64,000 nucleotides of DNA from Candidatus Woesearchaeota archaeon. GTDB taxonomy: Archaea; Nanobdellota; Nanobdellia; Pacearchaeales; GW2011-AR1. The notes beneath the pieces are model-generated. The model had not been told where the DNA came from. It worked only from the letters and a program-made list of their open reading frames with translations, and ran no database searches. Position numbers and translations under genes: made by a program. How positions within the stretch are numbered: position 1 is the first letter of the stretch; every line of letters begins with the position of its first letter. Shown piece by piece: positions 20,327 through 29,662 of this stretch. The DNA lies in NCBI GenBank assembly GCA_964509675.1, contig CAZDXC010000002.1:71425-135424 (forward strand). The letters are read 5' to 3'.

Positions 20327-21504
20327 GATGCCAATTTAGTATAATCATCAACAGTTTCTTTTATTATCTTTTTCCATTTGTATTTATTAGCATATTTTCT
20401 TATATCTCTTTTTTTCCATTTTAATATACTCCTAACAGCCATAACAATTTCTTCAGAATTTTTTGGCTTTATTATTATCCCTTCTCTACCATTTCTAATC
20501 ATCAGAGAAACTCCCCCTACATTAGTTACTATAACTGGCAAATTCATTGCTATGGCTTCCATTGCTGTAACTGGAGCTCCTTCTTTTGAGCTTGGTAGAA
20601 TTAATGCGTCTGCAGAACTAAGGTATAACAATTTTTTTTCTCCAAAAACTCCTCCAAGAAATTTTACATTTTTTATGTTATTTTTTTCTGCATAATTCTG
20701 AAAGAATTCTTTTTCATTTCCATAACCAAGAAGATATAATTCAACGCCAGTTAATTTTTTCATAGCATCAAGAAGGAATTTAATTCCTTTTATACTATTT
20801 ATTCTTCCAACATAAATAATAATTTTTTTATTTTCTTTTATTTTCAATTTTTTTCTTGCGATTTTTTTGTCGAATTTATGAAAATATTCATTTTCAATAC
20901 CCATTGTTTGAAATTTTATCTTGGACTTAGGTGCAATTTTTTTCAGATATTCTATTTCCCCTTTACTGAGTGCATAAAAGACATTTATGTTCTTCAAAAC
21001 AAAGTTCTCCCAAATCTCTCCAATTATAAAAAAAGGAAAAAAGCACCAATATTTCTTTTTTTCTTTCAAATGTTTTAAGGGGCAACTTCCACCATGGTGT
21101 TGCGTGATTATCTTTTGTTTTTTAAAAAAGCTTGCTATTAACAAGCCATGCAGATTATGGTACTCATGAAGATGAATAATCAAATCATATCCATTATTTT
21201 TACTTTTATCAATTTCTTTTTTAAGTTCTTTTAGCATTTTAATTGAAAAATCTAAAGCATATATTGGAGAAAAATTAACAGGAAAAAATCTGAAAAGAAC
21301 TCCAAATTCTGTAAAATTAGACTCTTTCTTATTTAGTTTTTCAGGAGCCCAGCATTCAACCTCAATTTCAGGATAAAATTTTTTTAATTGCTCTGCAGTT
21401 TTTGAATACCAATCATTCAATGTAATCTTTTTTAAATCATCATCTTTATCTGCAAAATAGGAATGAGAAGCATGTGCTATTTGTATTACTTTTAATCTTT
21501 TCAT
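20323..21504 (-). CDS. GT4 family glycosyltransferase
   Basis: SSKEGAPVTAMEAIAMNLPVIVTNVGG (GT-B C-terminal signature). Confidence 0.8.
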   Translation of the reverse strand: MKRLKVIQIAHASHSYFADKDDDLKKITLNDWYSKTAEQLKKFYPEIEVECWAPEKLNKKESNFTEFGVLFRFFPVNFSPIYALDFSIKMLKELKKEIDKSKNNGYDLIIHLHEYHNLHGLLIASFFKKQKIITQHHGGSCPLKHLKEKKKYWCFFPFFIIGEIWENFVLKNINVFYALSKGEIEYLKKIAPKSKIKFQTMGIENEYFHKFDKKIARKKLKIKENKKIIIYVGRINSIKGIKFLLDAMKKLTGVELYLLGYGNEKEFFQNYAEKNNIKNVKFLGGVFGEKKLLYLSSADALILPSSKEGAPVTAMEAIAMNLPVIVTNVGGVSLMIRNGREGIIIKPKNSEEIVMAVRSILKWKKRDIRKYANKYKWKKIIKETVDDYTKLAS

Positions 21505-21671
21505 TAAAAATTAAAAAGTATCTTTTTGTAAAAAAGATCTTCATTCTCCTGTAACTAAGACTTTTACCATTAATAAAAACACAAAATTCCTTTTAAATAG
21601 ATTTATGTATTAAAAATATATTTTTACCATTCATCAATAATCTTTATAAATAAATACCCTTTTTTCCTAAA
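21505..21671. promoter_or_regulatory. Divergent intergenic region with archaeal TATA-like elements (ctttataaata ~25 nt upstream of the 21672 ATG; AT-rich boxes for the minus-strand GT4)
   Basis: 167-nt non-coding gap between divergently oriented genes. TATA-like tttataaata at ~21641-21650. Confidence 0.3.
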
Positions 21672-22808
21672 ATGCCAACAATGTCTTTTAGTCATAAAGT
21701 TAGACTCTTTTCTAATTTTATTCTTGACAGAAGATTTAAAGAAATAAAAAATATGTTTTGGGTTTATCCTCTTTGGTGGAATAGAAAAACAGCAGCTTTT
21801 TTATTGAATAAATTATTTCCAAAATTAGGAATAGATTTATTTCCTCCTTTTTTGGAAATAGAACCAACAACAGCATGTAATTTTAGATGTGTTTGTTGTG
21901 AGCATACTTATTGGCATGAAAAACCCAAAAATATGACATTTGAACAATTTAAAAAGATATTTGATGATTTCGGAAAACCAAAATGGCTTGGGCTTACAGG
22001 AATAGGTTCTTCTTATTTAAATAGAGATTATCATAAAATGCTTGTTTACGCAAAATCAAAGGGGACTATTGTAGAAGTTTTTGACCATTTTGCACATTTT
22101 AAGAATGATAATCAGATAAAGGAATTAATTGAGATAGGCCCCGATTTTCAGTTTATTTCAACTTACGGAGCATCAAAAAAATCTTTTGAGAAAGTATGCA
22201 AGGGAAGTAATTATAAAAGAATAGAAAAAAATTTGAAAACTTTTGTTAGATTAAAAAAACAAATGAAAAAAAAATTTCCAATATTAAATTTTCATTATAT
22301 CATAACAAGCGAGTCTAAAGAGGAAGTTCTTAAATTTTTAGATTTTGTTCATTCATTAAACACGGAGGTAGGAGAAATTTTATTAACTCCAATGCTTCAT
22401 GGCTTTAAAGAAGCAGAAAAATATGTCGCAGAAGTAGATGAAAATTATGTAAACAAAATAAAAGAAAGAGCAAAAAAATATAATATTCCAATAACAATTA
22501 ATATGTCTGCAAAACAAGAAGCTGAAGGATTAGAAAAAAAACCCCCAATGAAAAATTGTAAGGAATATATAATGCCCTTCATTTTTGTTACCGGGCATAT
22601 TACTCCTTGTTGTGGACAGAATGAGGCTAATGCAAGAGACTGGCAGAAAAAGGTATCATTAGGAAATGCATTAGAAAAGCCCTTCAGAGAGATTTGGTAT
22701 TCTCCGAGATATGTCCAAATGAGAAAGATGATAAGAGAGAATAAATTACCCAAAGAATGTGCATTATGTCCTGCATATAATATAAATCAAAAGAGGTCAA
22801 TAAAATGA
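21672..22808 (+). CDS. Radical SAM / SPASM domain enzyme
   Basis: IEPTTACNFRCVCCEH cluster. C-terminal SPASM cysteines (ITPCCGQNEA...CALCPAY). Confidence 0.8.
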   Translation: MPTMSFSHKVRLFSNFILDRRFKEIKNMFWVYPLWWNRKTAAFLLNKLFPKLGIDLFPPFLEIEPTTACNFRCVCCEHTYWHEKPKNMTFEQFKKIFDDFGKPKWLGLTGIGSSYLNRDYHKMLVYAKSKGTIVEVFDHFAHFKNDNQIKELIEIGPDFQFISTYGASKKSFEKVCKGSNYKRIEKNLKTFVRLKKQMKKKFPILNFHYIITSESKEEVLKFLDFVHSLNTEVGEILLTPMLHGFKEAEKYVAEVDENYVNKIKERAKKYNIPITINMSAKQEAEGLEKKPPMKNCKEYIMPFIFVTGHITPCCGQNEANARDWQKKVSLGNALEKPFREIWYSPRYVQMRKMIRENKLPKECALCPAYNINQKRSIK

Positions 22809-23794
22809 AAATAGATTATCTTTATGCTCTTGAGAACATAATTCCAAATAAAAAAAGGAGAAGGATAATTCTTGCAGTTACGAATTTATGCAATTCTAAA
22901 TGCAAAACATGTTCTATGTGGAAAAATAAAAAAAGAACAGAATTAAGCTTGGAAGAACTGGAAAAATTTGCGAACACAAACCTCTTCAAAGAAGCAAGAT
23001 TTCTTTCTATAACAGGAGGAGAACCTTTCCTCAGAAAAGACATAGATAAAATTGTAAATTTGTTAAGAAGCAAAAATCCAAAATTGCATATCACGATTCT
23101 AACAAATGCCCTCCTTCCAGAAATCATAGAAGAAAAAGTACAGAAAATGCCTAAAGATGTTTTAATAACTTTATCTTTTAATGGAAAAGAACAAGTTCAT
23201 GATGAAACAAGAGGAGTGAAAGGAAATTTCAAAAAACTTCTTCAGACAATAGAAATCCTAAAAAGATTGAATATGAATATGAGTTCTATTTTCACTGTCA
23301 CAAAAGAAAATTATGATCAGTTATTATGGGCTTGGGATTTTGCAAAACAAAACAATCTCAATATAATGTTTTCTCCTGAAATGGATTATGGAAGACTAGA
23401 ACATGAAACAAAAAACAGAACACTAACAGAAGAAGAAAGAAATGCTGTTCTCCAGCAACTGAAAAAAATTTACTTAGAAAGAAGGAGAGGATTTTTTGAC
23501 AAAACCTATCTTTTATTCTTCAAGAAATTCTATGAAAAAAAGACAATTTCAAATAACTGCTATGCAGGAACAAACTCTCTCTATATAGATTTCACAGGAG
23601 ATATCTATCCATGTGAGAATCTCGTAGGAAGAATTCAGTCATTCGGAAATATAAAAACAAGTTTCACAATGCCTCTGAATTATAAAAATAAAGTGAAGAA
23701 GATGAAATGCTACGAAGGATGTTATCTTCTTTGTGAGATGGTTAGGAATATGAGAAAGCATCCTATAAAATCAATGAGAGAGATGAGAAATTAA
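22805..23794 (+). CDS. Radical SAM / SPASM-twitch domain enzyme
   Basis: LAVTNLCNSKCKTCSMW cluster. C-terminal NNCYAGTNSLYIDFTGDIYPCENL. Overlaps the upstream radical SAM gene by 4 nt. Confidence 0.8.
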   Translation: MKIDYLYALENIIPNKKRRRIILAVTNLCNSKCKTCSMWKNKKRTELSLEELEKFANTNLFKEARFLSITGGEPFLRKDIDKIVNLLRSKNPKLHITILTNALLPEIIEEKVQKMPKDVLITLSFNGKEQVHDETRGVKGNFKKLLQTIEILKRLNMNMSSIFTVTKENYDQLLWAWDFAKQNNLNIMFSPEMDYGRLEHETKNRTLTEEERNAVLQQLKKIYLERRRGFFDKTYLLFFKKFYEKKTISNNCYAGTNSLYIDFTGDIYPCENLVGRIQSFGNIKTSFTMPLNYKNKVKKMKCYEGCYLLCEMVRNMRKHPIKSMREMRN

Positions 23795-25695
23795 TCTTTT
23801 TTATGTTTTTTCCATGCATAAATATATGCCTCAAGCATTTTATCTGCAAAAGATTTCCAGCTTAAATTATCCCTTACAAATAATGTAGCTTTTTTTGCCT
23901 GTTCTTTGTATTTTTCTGTGTTATTATAAATTTCAAGAATTGCTTTATCATAATCTCTAGTTACTATTCCAAGATTATTTTTTTTAATCAAGGGTGCTGT
24001 TTCTATCCCTAAAGAAACAATTATTGGAATACCTGCACACAGGGCTTCTATAGGAGCCAAAACTCCTCCCTGCCTTTTTATCGGAAATAATCCGACATTC
24101 GCAGCCTTGTATAAATCTCTCAGCTCCTCTCTTGTCTTAAGATATTCTGCAAATAAGACATTTTTTTGCAAATTTTTCTCTTTTACATATTCTTCCAATT
24201 TCCTCCTGTATTCTGCATCTTCTCTTCCTGTCATGATAAGAAGAACCTTCGGAATCTTTTCTCTCACTTTTTCTATTGCCTTTATGCTGTCAAATTGATT
24301 TTTAACATCGCATAATATTCCAGATTGTATTACAACAAATTTATCTTCCAGGTTGAATTTTTTTACTGCATTGGAAGCTTTTCCTTTTGAGAAAAAATCA
24401 TAATCAATTCCAAAGTCCACAAGTTTAGCATCCTTTCCATATCTTTTCTTCGCTCTTGCTTGATTCAGGCTTTCAGCAACAGTAATAATATCTATGCTAT
24501 TTCTTACAATAAATCTATCTATCGAGTTTCTTATTTTACTTAGAGTTTTTAAAAAAATTCCTGCATTTGGCTTGCTGAATAAATTTGGAGGGAGATTCAT
24601 AAACCACACCGCTGGTTTTTTCCTTGGAAATAAAGTCCAAGTTACAGGAAAGTCATGAAAATTGACAATATCATAATTATGTTCAATTTCCTTCATCTTT
24701 TTCCTGAAAACTTTTATTGCATTTAAAACATCAGACATGCTCTTGTATCCGGGGGGTTGTAAATCGATATTGTTTTTTGTAGTTATTATTGTAGTATTGA
24801 GCAATTTAGCTTCGACTTCTTTTGAACTGGATAATGCTAATATATCATTCTTTATCCCCCTTTTTGTTAATTCATTCGCGAGTTCAACAATTAAAAGTTC
24901 TCCTCCTCCATAATATTTCATCTGATTGTGAACTATCAGAACTTTCTGATTATTCTCTTTTATCATTTGTTTTGCCATGTTTAAGTCTTCAAAGTCATTT
25001 ATATTTACATAGCCGTCCGCAATTTTGTAAATCTTTACATTTTTTCCATCATCAATAGCACATTGTATCATATCAACCATCTCTTTCTGATTTCTATACA
25101 TATTAATTGGAGTTTTCTCTATGTAATCTAATATTTCATTTTTGAAAATGCAATGTCCTGTTCCCTTAATATTGTTGATTGGAAAGCGAGGCTTTTCAAT
25201 CAGCCGGAAAATTCTTCCTTTTTCATTCAGCATTATAGAATATGTTTTTTTTATGCTTGATTTGTCTTTTTCATACACAACTCCACAGATCGCAAACAAT
25301 TCCTTCCTTTTGAATTCATTCAACATTCCTCTTATATCTGAATTAATCATTACTTCATCTCCAAGCATTAAGATGAAATCGCTTTTTCCTATAGCCTCTT
25401 TCGCATTATTAATTGCATTTACTATTCCTTCTCCCTTTTTTTCAATTACATAAGTAATTTTTATTTCCTTGTACCTTTTGCCTATCTTTTTGGTGATATC
25501 TTTTGGTTTGTAGCAAAGAACTAAGATTATTTCTGTAACTCCTGCCTCAACTGCTCTATCTAAATTGTATTCGAGAACAGTTTTGTCATACAATTCAAGA
25601 ATTGTCTTATTTTTGTTTGAAGTGATTTCCTTTAGTCTTGTTCCTTTTCCTCCAGAAATTATAACAGCCTTCATTACTTCTCTTTCACTTTCCAT
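23791..25695 (-). CDS. Bifunctional sugar-phosphate nucleotidyltransferase (LicC/RmlA-short-like N-domain) fused to GT4 glycosyltransferase
   Basis: N-terminal MKAVIISGGKGTRL (G-G-x-G-T-R-L NTP-transferase loop). C-terminal GT-B domain with GGVLAPIEALCAGIPIIVS. Confidence 0.7.
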   Translation of the reverse strand: MESEREVMKAVIISGGKGTRLKEITSNKNKTILELYDKTVLEYNLDRAVEAGVTEIILVLCYKPKDITKKIGKRYKEIKITYVIEKKGEGIVNAINNAKEAIGKSDFILMLGDEVMINSDIRGMLNEFKRKELFAICGVVYEKDKSSIKKTYSIMLNEKGRIFRLIEKPRFPINNIKGTGHCIFKNEILDYIEKTPINMYRNQKEMVDMIQCAIDDGKNVKIYKIADGYVNINDFEDLNMAKQMIKENNQKVLIVHNQMKYYGGGELLIVELANELTKRGIKNDILALSSSKEVEAKLLNTTIITTKNNIDLQPPGYKSMSDVLNAIKVFRKKMKEIEHNYDIVNFHDFPVTWTLFPRKKPAVWFMNLPPNLFSKPNAGIFLKTLSKIRNSIDRFIVRNSIDIITVAESLNQARAKKRYGKDAKLVDFGIDYDFFSKGKASNAVKKFNLEDKFVVIQSGILCDVKNQFDSIKAIEKVREKIPKVLLIMTGREDAEYRRKLEEYVKEKNLQKNVLFAEYLKTREELRDLYKAANVGLFPIKRQGGVLAPIEALCAGIPIIVSLGIETAPLIKKNNLGIVTRDYDKAILEIYNNTEKYKEQAKKATLFVRDNLSWKSFADKMLEAYIYAWKKHKKD

Positions 25696-25791
25696 TATTT
25701 AAAGCATTTATATAAGAAAACTATATTCTTTCAAAATATATATTGAACCTAATTACATAATACTTAAAAATAACCCTTTTTATGTCGTCTG
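25696..25791. promoter_or_regulatory. Divergent intergenic promoter region (TATA-like catttatataag / cttaaaaataa)
   Basis: 96-nt gap between the minus-strand NTase-GT4 fusion and the plus-strand B12 radical SAM gene. Confidence 0.3.
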
Positions 25792-27330
25792 ATGAAGATA
25801 ACCTTAATATCTACTTCAACCTTTCCTTCAGATCAGGGTATAAGAACAATTTCCAGTGTTTTAAAAAAAGAAGGACATGATGTAAAAATAGTTTTTATGA
25901 CTCTTAGTGAAGATTATTCTCAAAATTATAATCTTTCGGAATTAATTCAATTGTTACAAATTTGTAAAGACAGTAAATTAATAGGAGTAAATTCTTTTGC
26001 CTCAACTTCTACAAGAGCATCGAGAATAATTTCTTTTCTTAAGAAAAATCTTTATATACCTATAGTTTATGGAGGAGTTCATGCAACTATTTCTCCTGAA
26101 GATTGCATAAAGTTTTCGGATATTGTTTGTATTGGAGAAGGAGAAGGAGCAATAATAGATATAACAAAAGCAATAGAAAAAGGAAAAAATTTTGAGAAAA
26201 TAAAAAATCTTTGGATAAAAAAAAGAGGAGGAATTGTAAAGAATCCTGTAAGAAATCTCATAGATGATTTAGATTCTCTTCCGATGCCAGATTATGATAT
26301 AGAAACCCATTATATTCTTAACAAGGGAAAGATAAGAAAATTTATTGAAGAGGATTTGGCAGGACAGATTTTTTTCCTGACAGGAAGAGGATGTCCTTAT
26401 GGTTGTGATTATTGCAGCAATTCTTTTTTTAATAAACTTTATGAAAAAAAAAGAAAAAAAATTTTAAGGTGGCATTCCCCCGAATATATAATTAAGGGCA
26501 TACTTGAACTTAAAGAAAAATTTCCTAAAACTCTTTCTTATTTTGATATAAGAGACGACACTTTTTCATTACGGCCTTTAGGAGATATAAAGAAATTTTG
26601 TAAACTCTATAAAGAGAAAATTAAAATGAGATTTAAATGCCTTGCAGATCCACATACTGTTTCTGACGAAAAAATAGCCTTTTTAGTAGATGCAGGCTGT
26701 ACTGATATAATAATAGGAATACAAGGAAGTGAAAGAACTAATCTTGAAGTTTATCATAGAAATCAAAAAGATGAGGATGTTTTGAGGGCCGCACAGATAT
26801 TGAATAAATACAAAGCTAAACTTACTGTTATGTATGATGTAATTACTTGTAATCCATATGAGAATCCAGAAGATATAATAAATTTAATAAAACTTCTACA
26901 GCAAATTCCAAAACCTTATTACCTTTCTGTGAATAATTTAGTATTTTTTCCTGGTTCTCAATTATATAGAAAAGCTATCAATGACCCAAACTTAAATAAT
27001 TTCATAGAAGCATCCTCAAAATTAAACTATTGGGATAGAGCAAAACATATTAGGCTAAAGAAAAAAAATGCTTACCTTGTTTTAATCTTGAATTTAATGA
27101 GGGGGGCAGTTACAGAAAAAAGATTTGGGTTTATGCCCAACAAATTGCTAAAACGGCTTTTGGAACAGGGAAGAATAAATAGAAATCTTATAGATGATTT
27201 TAGGACAAAAATTTTACTAAGAGCTGTAGAAACCAGTGATTTAATACGTGAAAAAATTGCAAAACCTCTTTATCGCTCCTTCCCAGTTAATTTTAAGGGT
27301 TGGTATGATAAAATAAGATATAGGATGTAA
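25792..27330 (+). CDS. Cobalamin-binding (class B) radical SAM enzyme
   Basis: VYGGVHAT / IGEGEGAI B12-like region. GRGCPYGCDYCSNS cluster. Confidence 0.8.
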   Translation: MKITLISTSTFPSDQGIRTISSVLKKEGHDVKIVFMTLSEDYSQNYNLSELIQLLQICKDSKLIGVNSFASTSTRASRIISFLKKNLYIPIVYGGVHATISPEDCIKFSDIVCIGEGEGAIIDITKAIEKGKNFEKIKNLWIKKRGGIVKNPVRNLIDDLDSLPMPDYDIETHYILNKGKIRKFIEEDLAGQIFFLTGRGCPYGCDYCSNSFFNKLYEKKRKKILRWHSPEYIIKGILELKEKFPKTLSYFDIRDDTFSLRPLGDIKKFCKLYKEKIKMRFKCLADPHTVSDEKIAFLVDAGCTDIIIGIQGSERTNLEVYHRNQKDEDVLRAAQILNKYKAKLTVMYDVITCNPYENPEDIINLIKLLQQIPKPYYLSVNNLVFFPGSQLYRKAINDPNLNNFIEASSKLNYWDRAKHIRLKKKNAYLVLILNLMRGAVTEKRFGFMPNKLLKRLLEQGRINRNLIDDFRTKILLRAVETSDLIREKIAKPLYRSFPVNFKGWYDKIRYRM

Positions 27331-27333
27331 AAT

Positions 27334-28047
27334 TTAATTTGCAGTTCTAAAGTCTTTCATTTTTTCTTTATAATTTATGGGGTCTTTTACGTTAGCCCAA
27401 TAAAATCCTTCTTGCCTTAAACGACAAGCAAGACAAGTTCCACAATGTTCTCCTTTTATACTATTGTAACAACTAAAAGTATACTTGAAATTCACACCAA
27501 GTTTTTCCCCTAAAAGAATAATGTCTTCTTTATCCTTCTTTATAAGCGGAGCCTTAATCTGAAAATTTTTATAACAACTTATTTTGCTTAACTTATTCAT
27601 CTGCTTAATAAATTTGGAGGTAGTATCAGGATAAGCTTCTTTTCCCTCGTTTTTAAAACCAACAAATAAATCATATTTTTTTTTGCTTTTGATATATAAA
27701 GATTCTGCAAGTGTAAGAGAGTAAATCAAAAAAACAGTATTCCTGCAGGGAATATACAGCCTCTTAGATTCTTTAGAACTATCTTTTAATTTTCTTCTTG
27801 TAATTTTTTGAGGTTTATTTTTTAAGGATTTTGTTATATCCCCCAACCATTTTAAATCCACTTCAATAAATTCTGCAGAAATATCTTTAGCACATTTTCT
27901 AGATGAATTTCTCTCTTGAATGACGCTTTTTTGGTTATAATTAAAAAAAACAAGTTTGATATCTTTGTATTTTAATATTTTTTTGACATAATAAGCAGTC
28001 GTAACACTATCCAATCCCCCAGAACACAATATTATTGCATTTTTCAT
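27334..28047 (-). CDS. queC: QueC-like PP-loop ATPase (7-cyano-7-deazaguanine synthase family)
   Basis: N-terminal MKNAIILCSGGLDS PP-loop (SGGxDS). C-terminal zinc-ribbon CYNSIKGEHCGTCLACRLR as in QueC. Confidence 0.6.
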   Translation of the reverse strand: MKNAIILCSGGLDSVTTAYYVKKILKYKDIKLVFFNYNQKSVIQERNSSRKCAKDISAEFIEVDLKWLGDITKSLKNKPQKITRRKLKDSSKESKRLYIPCRNTVFLIYSLTLAESLYIKSKKKYDLFVGFKNEGKEAYPDTTSKFIKQMNKLSKISCYKNFQIKAPLIKKDKEDIILLGEKLGVNFKYTFSCYNSIKGEHCGTCLACRLRQEGFYWANVKDPINYKEKMKDFRTAN

Positions 28048-28097
28048 AGATATTTCATTTAGATAATCTTTATAAATTTGTCTTATGAAGATATCTT

Positions 28098-28292
28098 ATG
28101 AAAAAATCTGCAAGGGAGTTAAAAAAGGGAGATAAGATATTAATAGCAAATCGAGAATATTTTGTAGAAGAATTAGAAATATCAGATATAGGAAAACACG
28201 GAATGAGAAAAGTAAGGATTGTTGCAATTTCCCCTCAACAGGAAAAAATAATCCTCATACGTCCTGAAGATTATCCCTTTGACTTCCTTTAA
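28098..28292 (+). CDS. aIF5A N-terminal-domain-like small protein (hypusine-loop GKHG motif). No C-terminal OB domain.
   Basis: KKGDKILIANREYFVEELEISDIGKHGMRKVRIVAIS aligns with the aIF5A N-domain LKVGQYVMIDG...DISVSKPGKHG.AK.R.V.I. The ORF ends where the GT2 gene starts. Confidence 0.45.
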   Translation: MKKSARELKKGDKILIANREYFVEELEISDIGKHGMRKVRIVAISPQQEKIILIRPEDYPFDFL

Positions 28293-29199
28293 AATGATAG
28301 ATGTAATCATAACTTCCTATAATGAACCAAAGTCCACTCTAAGAGCAGTTAATGCTTTTTTAAAACAGAACACAAAAGAAAATTTTAGGATAGTTATCTG
28401 TGATCCATTTAAAAAAGTAAGGAATTTTATAAAAAAAGAAATAAAAGACAAAAGAGTTAGATTTTTCCTTGACCCTGGAGAGGGAAAAAGCTATGCCCTT
28501 AATTTAATTTTTGAAAAATTGAAATCAGATAATAAAGAAGACATATTTATACTTACTGATGGCGATGTTTATGTTTCAGATAACGCTATTGGTGAAATTT
28601 CTAATGCCTTTAAAGATAAAGAGATTGGTTGTGTGACAGGAAGACCAATGTCTATAGATGAAAAAAATACAAAATTTGGATATTGGTCTCATTTGTTATT
28701 TTCAGGAATTCATAAAATAAGAAAAAAATTATCAGATGAGAAAAAATTTTTGGAATGCTCAGGATACTTATTTGCAATACGTAAGGGAGTAATAAATGAC
28801 TTTCTCATAGATGCATCAGAAGATTCTGTAATCCCTTATCTATTCTGGCAAAAAGAGTATAAAATAAAATATCTTCCAGAAGTAAAAGTATATGTAAAAA
28901 ACCCAGATAATATAAAGGACTGGGAAAATCAAAAAATAAGAAATGTAAAAGGACATGAAAACTTGAATAAGATATTCCCCAAAATGTCAAGGACAAAAAC
29001 TTTTTGGAATGAGATTAGATATGGTTTTTTTCACACTTTATTTTTCCCCCAAAACTTCAAGGAATTTATATGGACTATGAGTCTTTTAAAAGCGAGGTAT
29101 AAGATTTATAATAAAGCATTCAAAGACCTAAATAAAGAAAAAATGTATTTTGATGGTTGGAGAGAAACAGAAATAAATTCAACTAAAACTCTTGATTAA
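28279..29199 (+). CDS. GT2 family glycosyltransferase
   Basis: MIDVIITSYNE... and LTDGDVYVSDNAI (DxD) motifs. The start may be the MIDV at 28294. Confidence 0.75.
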   Translation: MTSFKMIDVIITSYNEPKSTLRAVNAFLKQNTKENFRIVICDPFKKVRNFIKKEIKDKRVRFFLDPGEGKSYALNLIFEKLKSDNKEDIFILTDGDVYVSDNAIGEISNAFKDKEIGCVTGRPMSIDEKNTKFGYWSHLLFSGIHKIRKKLSDEKKFLECSGYLFAIRKGVINDFLIDASEDSVIPYLFWQKEYKIKYLPEVKVYVKNPDNIKDWENQKIRNVKGHENLNKIFPKMSRTKTFWNEIRYGFFHTLFFPQNFKEFIWTMSLLKARYKIYNKAFKDLNKEKMYFDGWRETEINSTKTLD

Positions 29200-29602
29200 C
29201 TTTAAATTTCCTAAGTTTTTCTCTTAATTCCTTTAAAGAATTCACTATTTTTGTAGAATGTATTACTATCGCACTTAGGTTATCTAAGGCGTCTTCTATA
29301 GGTTCATCTTCTTTAATCCCTATCACAGGAATTCCTTTCGCATAAGCATAACCTAATTCCCAAGCAGTTCCGGCACCAATATGTAATCCATTTAAATCAG
29401 CGATAACCAAAGAAATATCTTTAAAACCATTTATTATATCTCCATTAAATGCTTTTTCTACATCCCCTATCTCTTTGATTAATCCAATATCTCGATGTGG
29501 AAGAAAGGTTTCAAAATCAAGTTCTTCTGCTATTTTTGCTATTTTTTCCAAGAATTTTCTTTCATTTTCACTACATAATTTGCCTGCAATGTAAACTTTC
29601 AT
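29183..29602 (-). CDS. Nucleoside 2-deoxyribosyltransferase-superfamily (NDT/Rcl-like) small protein
   Basis: MKVYIAGKL N-terminus and GTAWELGYAYAKGIPVIG match the NDT/Rcl flavodoxin-like fold signatures. Confidence 0.55.
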   Translation of the reverse strand: MKVYIAGKLCSENERKFLEKIAKIAEELDFETFLPHRDIGLIKEIGDVEKAFNGDIINGFKDISLVIADLNGLHIGAGTAWELGYAYAKGIPVIGIKEDEPIEDALDNLSAIVIHSTKIVNSLKELREKLRKFKVNQEF

Positions 29603-29662
29603 ATCTTTTTATATAATTTACCTTAATAGATTTTAAATAGCTTATCAGTTTTAAATTTAACT

